Shown: piece after piece, positions 48,304 through 56,716 of the stretch | Layout of the letters: the number at the start of each line of letters is the position of its first letter | How positions within the stretch are numbered: position 1 is the stretch's first letter | Origin: a bacterium | Lineage (GTDB): Bacteria > Patescibacteriota > Minisyncoccia > Phycocordibacterales > UBA1550 | Direction: 5' to 3' | NCBI GenBank assembly: GCA_030649835.1 | Contig: JAUSES010000013.1 | Span: 9,317 to 73,316 of the forward strand | Length of the DNA: 64,000 nucleotides | The notes under the pieces: model-generated | Database searches by the model: none | What the model was told of the DNA's origin: nothing | Seen by the model: only the letters and a program-made list of their open reading frames with translations | Program-made: the position numbers and the translations under genes

Positions 48304-49299
48304 GTGAAAACAAAAAAGAAAGTAAATCAGAACGTAATCATCTATCAGGCAAAGTCTGGGGCTATTGAGCTTCGAGGGGATTTTGGCAAGGATACGGTGT
48401 GGGCGACGCAGGTGCAAATTGCGGGGGCATTTGATGTTGATGTGAGAACAATAAATGAACACATTAAAAATATATACAGAACTGGGGAGTTATCAGAATC
48501 TTCAACTATCCGGAATTTCCGGATAGTTCAAAATGAAGGGAAAAGGGAAATTGAGCGCGATGTGAAACACTATAATCTTGATATGATCCTGTCTGTTGGT
48601 TATCGTGTGAATAGCAAAAAAGCGACAATGTTCCGCCAGTGGGCTACCAAAATCCTGCGTGCGCATATTGTGGATGGCTACACCATAAACCGCACCCGTA
48701 TTGCAAAAAACTACGATGTGTTTATTCAGGCCGTTGCAGATGTAAAGGCGCTACTTCCTGCAAGCACAATGTCCGACACAAAAGACATTCTTGAGCTCGT
48801 GACGCTTTTTGCGGACACGTGGCTTTCGCTTGATGCATACGACAAAGACGAGCTCACTACCAAAGGCGCAACAAAAAAGTCTGTTAAAATTACCGCAGAA
48901 ACATTTGCAAAAGACCTCGCTTTTTTGAAAGAGTCGCTTATTAAAAAAGACGAAGCGACGGATCTTTTTGCCACCGAACGTGAAAAGGGAAGCCTTGCGG
49001 GTATCATCGGCAATGTGATGCAAGCATTTGGTGGCAAAGATATGTATCCAACCGTTGAAGAAAAGGCGGCGCATTTTCTCTATTTCGTTATCAAAAATCA
49101 CCCGTTCCTTGACGGCAACAAGCGTAGTGGCGCCTATGCTTTTGTGTGGTTCCTCACAAAGGCAAAAGTCCTTGATACGACCCGCATGTCACCACCTGCC
49201 CTCACTGCCATAACCCTCCTCGTTGCAGAAAGTGACCCTACTCACAAAGACAAAATGATTGGCCTTGTGCTTACGATGCTAAAACGCGGGAAGAAATAA
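48304..49299 (+). CDS. RhuM-family N-terminal domain fused to a Fic/Doc-family domain.
   Basis: The N-terminal region matches RhuM-like proteins (YQAKSGAIELRGDF…VQIAGAFDV). The C-terminal HPFLDGNKRSGAYAF fits the Doc motif HxFx(D/N)GNKR. Confidence 0.6.
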   Translation: MKTKKKVNQNVIIYQAKSGAIELRGDFGKDTVWATQVQIAGAFDVDVRTINEHIKNIYRTGELSESSTIRNFRIVQNEGKREIERDVKHYNLDMILSVGYRVNSKKATMFRQWATKILRAHIVDGYTINRTRIAKNYDVFIQAVADVKALLPASTMSDTKDILELVTLFADTWLSLDAYDKDELTTKGATKKSVKITAETFAKDLAFLKESLIKKDEATDLFATEREKGSLAGIIGNVMQAFGGKDMYPTVEEKAAHFLYFVIKNHPFLDGNKRSGAYAFVWFLTKAKVLDTTRMSPPALTAITLLVAESDPTHKDKMIGLVLTMLKRGKK

Positions 49300-49327
49300 A
49301 AGTTTAATAGTTAGTTATGGATAAAAA

Positions 49328-49927
49328 ATGAAAAAACAAATTTTCACAATTCATGGAGGGGACGCTTTTGCTACTTACGAAGAATATCTAGAGGACCTAA
49401 AAGCATTTCAAATTGATCTAGATGGATTCAAAAGAAGTGGCTGGAAGAATACTCTGCAGAATGCATTGGGTCAGGATTATGATGTTAATTCCCCTCGTAT
49501 GCCAAACTCGGGAAATGCAAAATATATTGAGTGGAAAATTTGGTTTGAAAAGATGATTCCATATATGCAAGATGATGTTATTTTGATAGGACACTCACTC
49601 GGGGGTAGTTTCCTCGCTAAATATCTCTCAGAAGAGAATATTTCCAAAAAAATTAAGGCAGCTTTTTTAGTTTCTGCTCCTTATGATACTGACGGCAATC
49701 GTGAAATAGTCGAGTTCGTTCTTCCTGGTTCGTTATCACTTTTTGAAAAACAGGGGGGTTCAATATTCCTTATTCATAGTAAAGATGACCCTGTCGTATC
49801 TTTTAAAGAATTTGAGAAATATCAAAAAGCTTTACCAAAAGCGAAAGCTATTATTTTTGAAGACAGGGGACATTTTAATCAAGAAAGCTTTCCCGAAATT
49901 GTTGAGCAAATTAAAAATCTAAACTAA
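49328..49927 (+). CDS. Alpha/beta-hydrolase-fold serine hydrolase (YdeN/RBBP9-like).
   Basis: Nucleophile elbow GHSLGG. Later Asp/His (HSKDDPV…GHF). Confidence 0.55.
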   Translation: MKKQIFTIHGGDAFATYEEYLEDLKAFQIDLDGFKRSGWKNTLQNALGQDYDVNSPRMPNSGNAKYIEWKIWFEKMIPYMQDDVILIGHSLGGSFLAKYLSEENISKKIKAAFLVSAPYDTDGNREIVEFVLPGSLSLFEKQGGSIFLIHSKDDPVVSFKEFEKYQKALPKAKAIIFEDRGHFNQESFPEIVEQIKNLN

Positions 49928-50929
49928 GTATTTCCCATTTTCAAAAAGCACTTTACCATCGGCGAGAACGCGGTCAACGAGGGGGAAGAGGTCAACGTGA
50001 AATTTTGCTTTGTGGGCGGTGATGCCCTCTTTTTTGAAGACGCTGTGCTTTTCGCCGAGAGAAAAATGCATACCAAGAATGCGCTCAAAGGCGGTGATGT
50101 CCTGCACATATCGCTCACGCGTGATGGCGCGGTTCATACCAAAACCGATTTCGCGAATAATGGGTCGCTCATACTCTTTGATATTGGAGATAATTTTTGC
50201 AAATGTTTCTGGTGCGTTGTCTGCAAAGCCGACCACCAGTCCCTCTTTTACATCCACACGAAATGGCTCGTGCATGTCTACCGAAAAATCCGCCCCCGCG
50301 TATGCATAGCACATAAAAGACCCGTTCATTTTAGAAAAGTAGCGGGCTTCGGTAAATACCTCACCGATAGGAAAGGTTCCTCCGATGTTTTCCATTCCCG
50401 TGTAGTCACCTATGTTAAGCTTTGCTGATTCTAGTCCACCTGTCACAACGAGCTCGGCTCCTTGTGACTGAATACGAAGCCCCTGTGTCTCATCAATCCG
50501 CGCTTTGAGTTTTGGACCCACACCACGGTACCATGCTACATCATACTCGAGCGCATTTACATACACATCCCAGACGTCCTCGGTGTTGCGGTGCAGGTGC
50601 AGATGCTCGATGACTTTTAGTTTTTTATTAAAAAGGTGAAGGCGAATACGAAAGGCGTCCAAGAGGAAGTTGGATGACTGGATAAGTACCACAAGGTCGC
50701 TTTGGCGCATTTCATCGAACGCCGAAATAACCTCCTCTTTGCTTACTTTGTCAAAGTCCACAAACCGTGCGTGGGGGAGTGCCGTGCGATAGGCTTCAGT
50801 TAAAATATCGGTAAGTCCATAACGTGTATCGTATACCACCAAGGCTTTCTCAGGCGCCTTGTGCTCAATAGCGATATTAATGATGTCGGCAACATTTTTC
50901 GTGGCAAGAGCAAGAAGTTTTTTGTCCAT
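49919..50929 (-). CDS. Putative M29-family aminopeptidase (AmpS/PepS-like).
   Basis: Central ELVVTG…IGGTFPIGEVFTEA…and C-terminal REIGFGMN resemble the M29 pattern, assigned from memory. Confidence 0.4.
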   Translation of the reverse strand: MDKKLLALATKNVADIINIAIEHKAPEKALVVYDTRYGLTDILTEAYRTALPHARFVDFDKVSKEEVISAFDEMRQSDLVVLIQSSNFLLDAFRIRLHLFNKKLKVIEHLHLHRNTEDVWDVYVNALEYDVAWYRGVGPKLKARIDETQGLRIQSQGAELVVTGGLESAKLNIGDYTGMENIGGTFPIGEVFTEARYFSKMNGSFMCYAYAGADFSVDMHEPFRVDVKEGLVVGFADNAPETFAKIISNIKEYERPIIREIGFGMNRAITRERYVQDITAFERILGMHFSLGEKHSVFKKEGITAHKAKFHVDLFPLVDRVLADGKVLFENGKYLV

Positions 50930-50979
50930 AAATGTAGACTAGCCTAAAACCCACAAAACTCAAAATCGAAAAAATAAAA

Positions 50980-51109
50980 ATCTACTATACACGTATAATA
51001 TACTATATAACTGGGTACAATATAGTTTGCGCTCGCTCGGAAATGCAAACGCCTTGTTTGCATTTCTCTCACTCACTTAACTATCGTATATTATACGTGT
51101 ATAGCAGAT
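50980..51109. repeat. Structured intergenic element: 24-bp inverted repeats (atctactatacacgtataatatac / gtatattatacgtgtatagcagat) flanking an inner 11-bp-stem hairpin (51040..51066).
   Basis: Read directly; 1 mismatch between the arms. It lies between two same-strand (minus) genes. Confidence 0.6.
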
Positions 51110-51142
51110 TTTTGTTAGAAACTTATGGGAATGAAGGAGAAA

Positions 51143-51769
51143 CTACGTGCGGGGGTCGGTGCGCGCCCATTCGGTGAGGTTGCCTGCCTTGCGCTCGATG
51201 GGAGATAAGGGGCGTATGAATTTTTCATTCCCCTTAGGAATGATGGGAAAGTGTGGAGATTCATCAAGTGCGAGCGCAATATCCCAGAGCTGTTTTTTTG
51301 ATGTAATCCAACCCTCACCAAACTGTTTTAATGAAAACGGTCGCGAGTAACTCCGCAAAGTTTTCTGTCCAGTTTTGAGAAGTGTGTATTCGTGAAAATA
51401 GGAAAGGGCGAGTTCACGTGGAGTTTTGTAAATCGGGTCACGAAATCGGAGAACGGGATGGTTGGTCTTGCTGATCGCCCCCCAGTAGCCATTCTTTTTG
51501 TATAGCGCCACGACATGGTCGTAGTCAATGTTAAGCGCCTTGAGGTCAAGGAGAAGTGGTTCCTCCCCGTGGAGCCAGAGCGCCACCGCCGCAATGAAGG
51601 CACCCTCAATACAATGAGCTCTTCCTTTTTGCAAAACCATACGCGGAGAGAAACACGTGCTTCCTTTTTTACTCAAATTAGCGGGAATCGTATCAAGATA
51701 ATCTTGAATCTTATGTGGAGTTGAAAGTTTTCTAAAAACTGCGAGCTCCTCTATTGAGAGTCCTAACAT
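51143..51769 (-). CDS. Hypothetical protein (possible transglutaminase-like/papain-like fold: AHCIEGAFIAA … YDHVVALY).
   Basis: A Cys…His arrangement only; weak. Confidence 0.3.
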   Translation of the reverse strand: MLGLSIEELAVFRKLSTPHKIQDYLDTIPANLSKKGSTCFSPRMVLQKGRAHCIEGAFIAAVALWLHGEEPLLLDLKALNIDYDHVVALYKKNGYWGAISKTNHPVLRFRDPIYKTPRELALSYFHEYTLLKTGQKTLRSYSRPFSLKQFGEGWITSKKQLWDIALALDESPHFPIIPKGNEKFIRPLSPIERKAGNLTEWARTDPRT

Positions 51770-51829
51770 ATCTTAATTATTACAGAACAGGAGCGGCTGT
51801 TCAAGTTGAGAATCTGATATACTAGTAGT

Positions 51830-52678
51830 ATGCAAAAAACATACATTTTTATCTCATTGTTGGTGGTTTTGGCAGCAGGTGTTCTTGTCTGGTTTAATAC
51901 AAAAAGTACAGAAGTATCTCTCGTTGCCTGCACGAGGGAAGCACAGCTCTGTCCTGATGGAAGCGCTGTGGGCCGCACTGGTCCTAACTGCGAGTTTGCA
52001 GAGTGTCCAAAGGTGTCCCCACCACCACCGCCTGTTACAGGAGAGGTGGCACTTAGTGTGGGAGAAAAGGGAAAAATGGGCGACCTCAGTATAATCGTAA
52101 ATAAATTTATTTCAGATAGTCGTTGCCCAGCAGACGTACAGTGTATTTGGGCAGGGGAATTTAAAGTAGAAATCACCATCTCGAGTAACTTATCTGAACT
52201 GGCAAAAAATGAAACTCATATCATTTCATCTATCGATAAACCACTTTCGTTTAAGGGTCGACTAATTTCAATTTCTTCAGTCTCTCCGTATCCAGCAAGT
52301 AAAAAAATCGATCCAAGTGATTATCGTATCACTTTCCATGTTGAGGCTAATGAAAAAACGAGCGTCGTAAGTACAGGCACTATTAACGGACGAGTAACTC
52401 TTTCGCCAATATGCCCCGTAGAGCGAATGCCACCAGATCCAAAGTGTGCCCCCAAACCATCTCAAACAAAAATAGAAGTATTTTCGGCTGTCAGTGGTAA
52501 GTTGATTACAACCACACAAACAGGAACCGATGGAAGATTTGAAGTGTCACTTCCTTTTGATTTCTATAAAATAGAAGCAGGTACAGGAACTATGCTTCCA
52601 CGTTGTTCGCCTGTTTCTCTGCATCTCCAAACCAGCGTAACGTCGGTAGATATTTCTTGCGATACCGGAATTCGTTAA
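51830..52678 (+). CDS. Hypothetical Cys-rich secreted/membrane-anchored protein.
   Basis: N-terminal TM helix plus multiple Cys pairs. Confidence 0.35.
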   Translation: MQKTYIFISLLVVLAAGVLVWFNTKSTEVSLVACTREAQLCPDGSAVGRTGPNCEFAECPKVSPPPPPVTGEVALSVGEKGKMGDLSIIVNKFISDSRCPADVQCIWAGEFKVEITISSNLSELAKNETHIISSIDKPLSFKGRLISISSVSPYPASKKIDPSDYRITFHVEANEKTSVVSTGTINGRVTLSPICPVERMPPDPKCAPKPSQTKIEVFSAVSGKLITTTQTGTDGRFEVSLPFDFYKIEAGTGTMLPRCSPVSLHLQTSVTSVDISCDTGIR

Positions 52679-52696
52679 AGAGTTAAAATAAAAAAA

Positions 52697-53314
52697 GTGA
52701 AATATAGGAAAATAATTCTCGGGGTATCTTTATTAACTCTTTCTTTATTTAGTTTTTTTTATTATTCACGCACGCCACCAGTCACCAACTACCCTTCAAA
52801 GGGAACGGACATCATTGCGTTTGGAGACAGCCTCGTGGAGGGGCTCGGTGCAACCAGCGGAAATGATTTTGTATCGCAGCTTTCGCAGAAGATTGGACAG
52901 CCTATCATAAACCTCGGTCACGCAGGGGACACCACTGCACAGGGATTAGCACGTATTAACGAGCTTGATAATTATAATCCTAAAGTAGTCCTGCTCCTTC
53001 TTGGAGGAAACGATCATCTGAAAAAAATACCGCTTGCTAATACAAACAAAAATCTCGCAACCCTCATTGAAAACATACAGGCTCGAGGGGCAGTTGTTCT
53101 CCTGCTTGGTGTGAGGGGCGGGCTTTTTAATGACCCTTTTGATACGGAGTTTGAAAATCTGCGAGACACGTACCATACGGCATATGTCTCGGACGTTCTT
53201 CTAGGACTTTTTGGAAAACCTGAATACATGGCTGATACTATTCATCCTAACAACGCTGGTTATGAAATAATAGCTGAAAGAATTTATCCAGTGCTTACCG
53301 AGGTCATTAAGTAG
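52697..53314 (+). CDS. SGNH/GDSL-family hydrolase.
   Basis: Block I IIAFGDSLVEGLG, block III LLLGGNDHL, block V DTIHPNNAGY. N-terminal TM helix. Confidence 0.65.
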   Translation: MKYRKIILGVSLLTLSLFSFFYYSRTPPVTNYPSKGTDIIAFGDSLVEGLGATSGNDFVSQLSQKIGQPIINLGHAGDTTAQGLARINELDNYNPKVVLLLLGGNDHLKKIPLANTNKNLATLIENIQARGAVVLLLGVRGGLFNDPFDTEFENLRDTYHTAYVSDVLLGLFGKPEYMADTIHPNNAGYEIIAERIYPVLTEVIK

Positions 53315-53383
53315 TATGTAAGATTCTAAAAGGCGGAGCGTCCTCATTTATAAGGGGCTACCCCTCTAAATATAATACTACCT

Positions 53384-54247
53384 ATGAAAAAATTTTTAAT
53401 TGTAATGTTAATGGCATCTATTGTTTCTCCAACGTTTGTTTTTGCAGACAATAAGTCTGAGAGGGACAAGGAACAAGAGTCTCGCAAATCTACTCATATG
53501 GCTGAGAAGAGTGAGAAAAAAGAAAATAAAGAAGAAGACCACAAAGAGAAGAGGGAAAATAAAGAAGAGCAGAGAATTCAAAAGGAAATGAAGCGCACCG
53601 TCGTTCGCCTCGAAGCGGCTATTGCGCGCGTACAGAGACTTTCTGACCGTGTCGCAGAGAGACTCACCAAGTATGAAGCACGTGGAGTGAACACCACAGC
53701 TTCTCGCGCACACTTGGTTGAAGCGAAAAGCAAGCTTGCTCTGGCACAGGTGAAAGTGCAGGCAATAAAACTTTCAATTGAGACTTCTTTTGCAACCACA
53801 ACTCCAGCTACCGCAACAAGCACTACTGCCAAGGATACAAAGAGAGCATTTAAAACTGCCGTAAAAAGTGCAACCGAAACAATCAAAGAAGCACACCAGC
53901 ATGTTGCTCTCGCCATCTCGTCTGCAAAGCCAGGAAGAAATGACGGTAGTCATGCAACCACGACTCCTGATACGACCGCTCCAGTAATTTCGCTGATTAC
54001 AAAGACGGGGGTTGCAAGCACGACTGCAACCGTATCGTGGAATACAAACGAACTCGCTACTGGGAAATTGTTTTACGGAACAACCACACCGCTTACGGCA
54101 TTCGTATTCAATGCTTCTTCAACACTTGCACACACATTTAACCTCACTGGTTTGACTGCAAGTACTACTTATCAGCTCCTTTTGGAATCAAAGGACGCTG
54201 CAGGGAACACCGCTACGACAACCTCATCCTTAATGACTACAATCTAA
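53384..54247 (+). CDS. Secreted protein with a K/E-rich coiled-coil region and a C-terminal fibronectin-III-like domain.
   Basis: Signal peptide. EKKENKEEDHKEKRENKEEQ. Fn3-like segment ISLITKTGVASTTATVSWNTNELATGKLFYG…YQLLLESKDAAGN. TATAAT 7 nt before the ATG. Confidence 0.4.
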   Translation: MKKFLIVMLMASIVSPTFVFADNKSERDKEQESRKSTHMAEKSEKKENKEEDHKEKRENKEEQRIQKEMKRTVVRLEAAIARVQRLSDRVAERLTKYEARGVNTTASRAHLVEAKSKLALAQVKVQAIKLSIETSFATTTPATATSTTAKDTKRAFKTAVKSATETIKEAHQHVALAISSAKPGRNDGSHATTTPDTTAPVISLITKTGVASTTATVSWNTNELATGKLFYGTTTPLTAFVFNASSTLAHTFNLTGLTASTTYQLLLESKDAAGNTATTTSSLMTTI

Positions 54248-54269
54248 CTTCTGCAAAGAAGCCTACAGC

Positions 54270-54300
54270 AAAAAGCCCGCACTTAGTGTGGGCTTTTTGC
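54270..54300 (+). terminator. Rho-independent terminator.
   Basis: aaaagcccgcacttagtgtgggctttttgc. Confidence 0.65.
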
Positions 54301-54320
54301 TCTGTGGTATACTTTGTTAT

Positions 54321-55025
54321 ATGAGAAAATACATTTTTTTCGTTTTCCTCGTAATTTTACTAATGATTGGTAATATTTTATTTTCTAGCAACAAATTTAC
54401 TAAGGTTGAGTCGATACCGCCTGTTTCAGTACCTTCACAGATGGCAACCCAGTATGCTCTTGAGTATTTTGGCGATTCTCGTCCTGGGGATGCCCAGATA
54501 ACTAAAATAAGTGGACAAACAATAGAGATTCTGGTTCCAAGTATTAAAGCTGCGCTTCCTGAATTGCAAAGTGAAAAAATGCGTACCCTTGTTTTAATTT
54601 CGAGCTCAACTGATACTAAAAAAATATTTTTTAGTAGTACCTTAAAAGATTCAGATTCTGGAATTTTCGATTTATATTCGTTTAATGTCGCTTCCCGACA
54701 ATTTAATAAACTTTCTTTCCCCGCCAAACAATTTGTGCTTTCACCAAACAAACAATTTGTTGCAGGTGTTAGTACGGAAGGAGTAAGTTTTGAGAATTTA
54801 ATAGACACAGTTTTCATTTTTAGTTTAGATGATAACCGTATTATTTCATCAACAATACTTCCTATGTCAGAAACCGCAACTTCATGGAACGGGTTCGACG
54901 TACCATTTATTAAATGGAAAAATGTATATACGTTAGAATATGATGCATATAGGAAAGCAAATATCTCAGGCAATAGTCTTCCAACTCAACTTCCCTTTGA
55001 GACACGGCAACTGCAATTGAAGTGA
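54321..55025 (+). CDS. Hypothetical membrane-anchored/secreted protein.
   Basis: The start is taken at the Met after the terminator (MRKYIFFVFLVILLMIG). Confidence 0.35.
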   Translation: MRKYIFFVFLVILLMIGNILFSSNKFTKVESIPPVSVPSQMATQYALEYFGDSRPGDAQITKISGQTIEILVPSIKAALPELQSEKMRTLVLISSSTDTKKIFFSSTLKDSDSGIFDLYSFNVASRQFNKLSFPAKQFVLSPNKQFVAGVSTEGVSFENLIDTVFIFSLDDNRIISSTILPMSETATSWNGFDVPFIKWKNVYTLEYDAYRKANISGNSLPTQLPFETRQLQLK

Positions 55026-55076
55026 AGTCTTTTATTACCCCAGTTTTTTTGATTGTTGTTAATTAAACACAAAATT

Positions 55077-55514
55077 ATGAAAATACATGAATTGGGTCAC
55101 ATAGTGCTGTATGTGACCGACATCAAAAAGATGGCGGATTTTTATCGTGATACTCTCGGCTTCCACGAGATTGCACGACGAGAAGGCATGGCGATTTTTT
55201 CTTCTGGGCGCACACACCACGAGATGCTTCTTATTGAGGTTGGTGGCGAGCCACGCAAGCACAGAGTAGAGCCGGGGCTGTATCATATTGGTTTTAAAGT
55301 TGGCGACAGCACTGCGGAGCTTCGCGAAGTGTACAAGCACTTGAAAAAAGAAGGCGTGAAAATTCTCGGTACCACCGACCACGGCGTGACGCACAGCATT
55401 TACATTCTTGACCCAGACGGCAACGAGCTGGAGCTCTACGCGGACGTTTCCGACTCGTGGAAAAAAGACCCAAACGCAATCCTCTCAATGCCGAAGCTTC
55501 TCGATTTGGAATAA
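55077..55514 (+). CDS. VOC/glyoxalase-family protein.
   Basis: MKIHELGHIVLYVTDIKKMADFYRDTLGF… is a paired βαβββ module pattern. His/Glu metal ligands are present. Confidence 0.6.
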   Translation: MKIHELGHIVLYVTDIKKMADFYRDTLGFHEIARREGMAIFSSGRTHHEMLLIEVGGEPRKHRVEPGLYHIGFKVGDSTAELREVYKHLKKEGVKILGTTDHGVTHSIYILDPDGNELELYADVSDSWKKDPNAILSMPKLLDLE

Positions 55515-55566
55515 GAAAAAAGCTATACAAAATTTGTATAGCTTTTTGGATTATTTGTGGGAGGGA

Positions 55567-55719
55567 TTAAAAACCCCCACGCTGGTAGCATTTCCACGCT
55601 TCCTCTGGATTTTCCCTTGCCCATTTTCTATCACGTAGTGCACTTCTAGTGCGTAAGAACAGCAAAACTAGAAGTATAGGTAATGTAATAGTAAGAAGTC
55701 CAATATGGTATTCGTTCAT
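55567..55719 (-). CDS. Unlisted small (50 aa) membrane protein.
   Basis: An AGGAGG RBS lies 8 nt upstream of the ATG. MNEYHIGLLTITLPILLVLLFLRTRSALRDRKWARENPEEAWKCYQRGGF. It falls below the ORF-track cutoff. Confidence 0.35.
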   Translation of the reverse strand: MNEYHIGLLTITLPILLVLLFLRTRSALRDRKWARENPEEAWKCYQRGGF

Positions 55720-55875
55720 TTATATTTCCCCTCCTAATAGCATTTTGCGTGCAAAATTACACTCTCATATTATAACAAAAGTTAGAAAATTGTCAATAAT
55801 TCTGGAGGAGTAAAACCTCCATCAGGGATATACAAACGGTAGGTTTCTGGAACATTTGTTGATACAATGTACCCG

Positions 55876-55913
55876 ATATTCCATATTCTAAATTCTAATT
55901 CCTATATTCTACC
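55876..55913 (+). repeat. Tandem heptamer array ATATTCC-ATATTCT-AAATTCT-AATTCCT-ATATTCTACC.
   Basis: Near-identical to the 3'-arm array at 3254..3278. It lies 4 nt upstream of the duplicated helicase start. Confidence 0.7.
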
Positions 55914-55914
55914 A

Positions 55915-55971
55915 ATTATGACCCAAGATGAAGCATTTGAAATTTTGAAGACGGGGAGGAACGTCTTTGTG
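55915..55971 (+). repeat. 57-nt duplicate (2 mismatches) of the first 18 codons plus 3 upstream nt of the helicase gene at 56717.
   Basis: attATGacccaagatgaagcatttgaaattttgaagacGgggaggaaCgtctttgtg compared with 56714..56770. It forms a truncated ORF (55867..56055). Confidence 0.85.
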
Positions 55972-56126
55972 TTAGGTTTTAAGTCGCTGTTATGTCGCGT
56001 GTGGATAACTCAGGCAACAATGTGTTGCAATTCCTTCGACAGTAGTATATATTAGATACATACACGCCCCAGCCAGCCGAAAGGCCCGCTGGGGTTTTTA
56101 GGTCTTTATTGCTACAATAACAAGCA

Positions 56127-56705
56127 ATGGAAACCATTTTACTTATAGACGGTGAGAATTTTAAAGGCAAGATGAAAGCCGTATTTTATAATGCAGGGAA
56201 AGATAAACCAACCTGGCACAAATATAATTTTAGTGGATTATTTGAAAAAGTTTTGGATGGTTATTTTATTGAGCGAAAGGTTTTTTATTTTGCGCGCATA
56301 AAAGAACACGAAGACAGTAAAGAAAAATCAAAGCAACTTGTCCAAGATCAGCGACTTCTCAAAACTCACCTTGAACGTCAAGGTTTTGAAGTCATCTTGA
56401 GCGGTAGAGTCCGCGGACAAATGGAAGATGGCACAAACGGAAAGAAAGTACTTGTTTTTAAAGAAAAAGGGGTTGACGTAAAAATTGCCGTTGACATGGT
56501 AAGTATCGCTTGCGACAAAAAAGCAAAGGAGATTATTTTAGGCAGTTCTGATTCCGATTTACAACCAGCAATTCAAGAAGTTAAAGACAGAAAAGTTCGT
56601 TGTCTCTATTTAGGTTTTGAAGCGCAACCAAACAAAGGAATTTCGTACACGACAGACCGCACTATTTTGATTCGTGATGCAGAGGTGTTTGAGTATGCAA
56701 AATAA
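56127..56705 (+). CDS. NYN/LabA-like domain protein (predicted RNase-fold).
   Basis: LLIDGENF…KGVDVKIAVDMVSIA…ILGSSDSDLQPAI matches the NYN pattern of conserved Asp residues. Confidence 0.65.
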   Translation: METILLIDGENFKGKMKAVFYNAGKDKPTWHKYNFSGLFEKVLDGYFIERKVFYFARIKEHEDSKEKSKQLVQDQRLLKTHLERQGFEVILSGRVRGQMEDGTNGKKVLVFKEKGVDVKIAVDMVSIACDKKAKEIILGSSDSDLQPAIQEVKDRKVRCLYLGFEAQPNKGISYTTDRTILIRDAEVFEYAK

Positions 56706-56716
56706 TTTTTACTATT

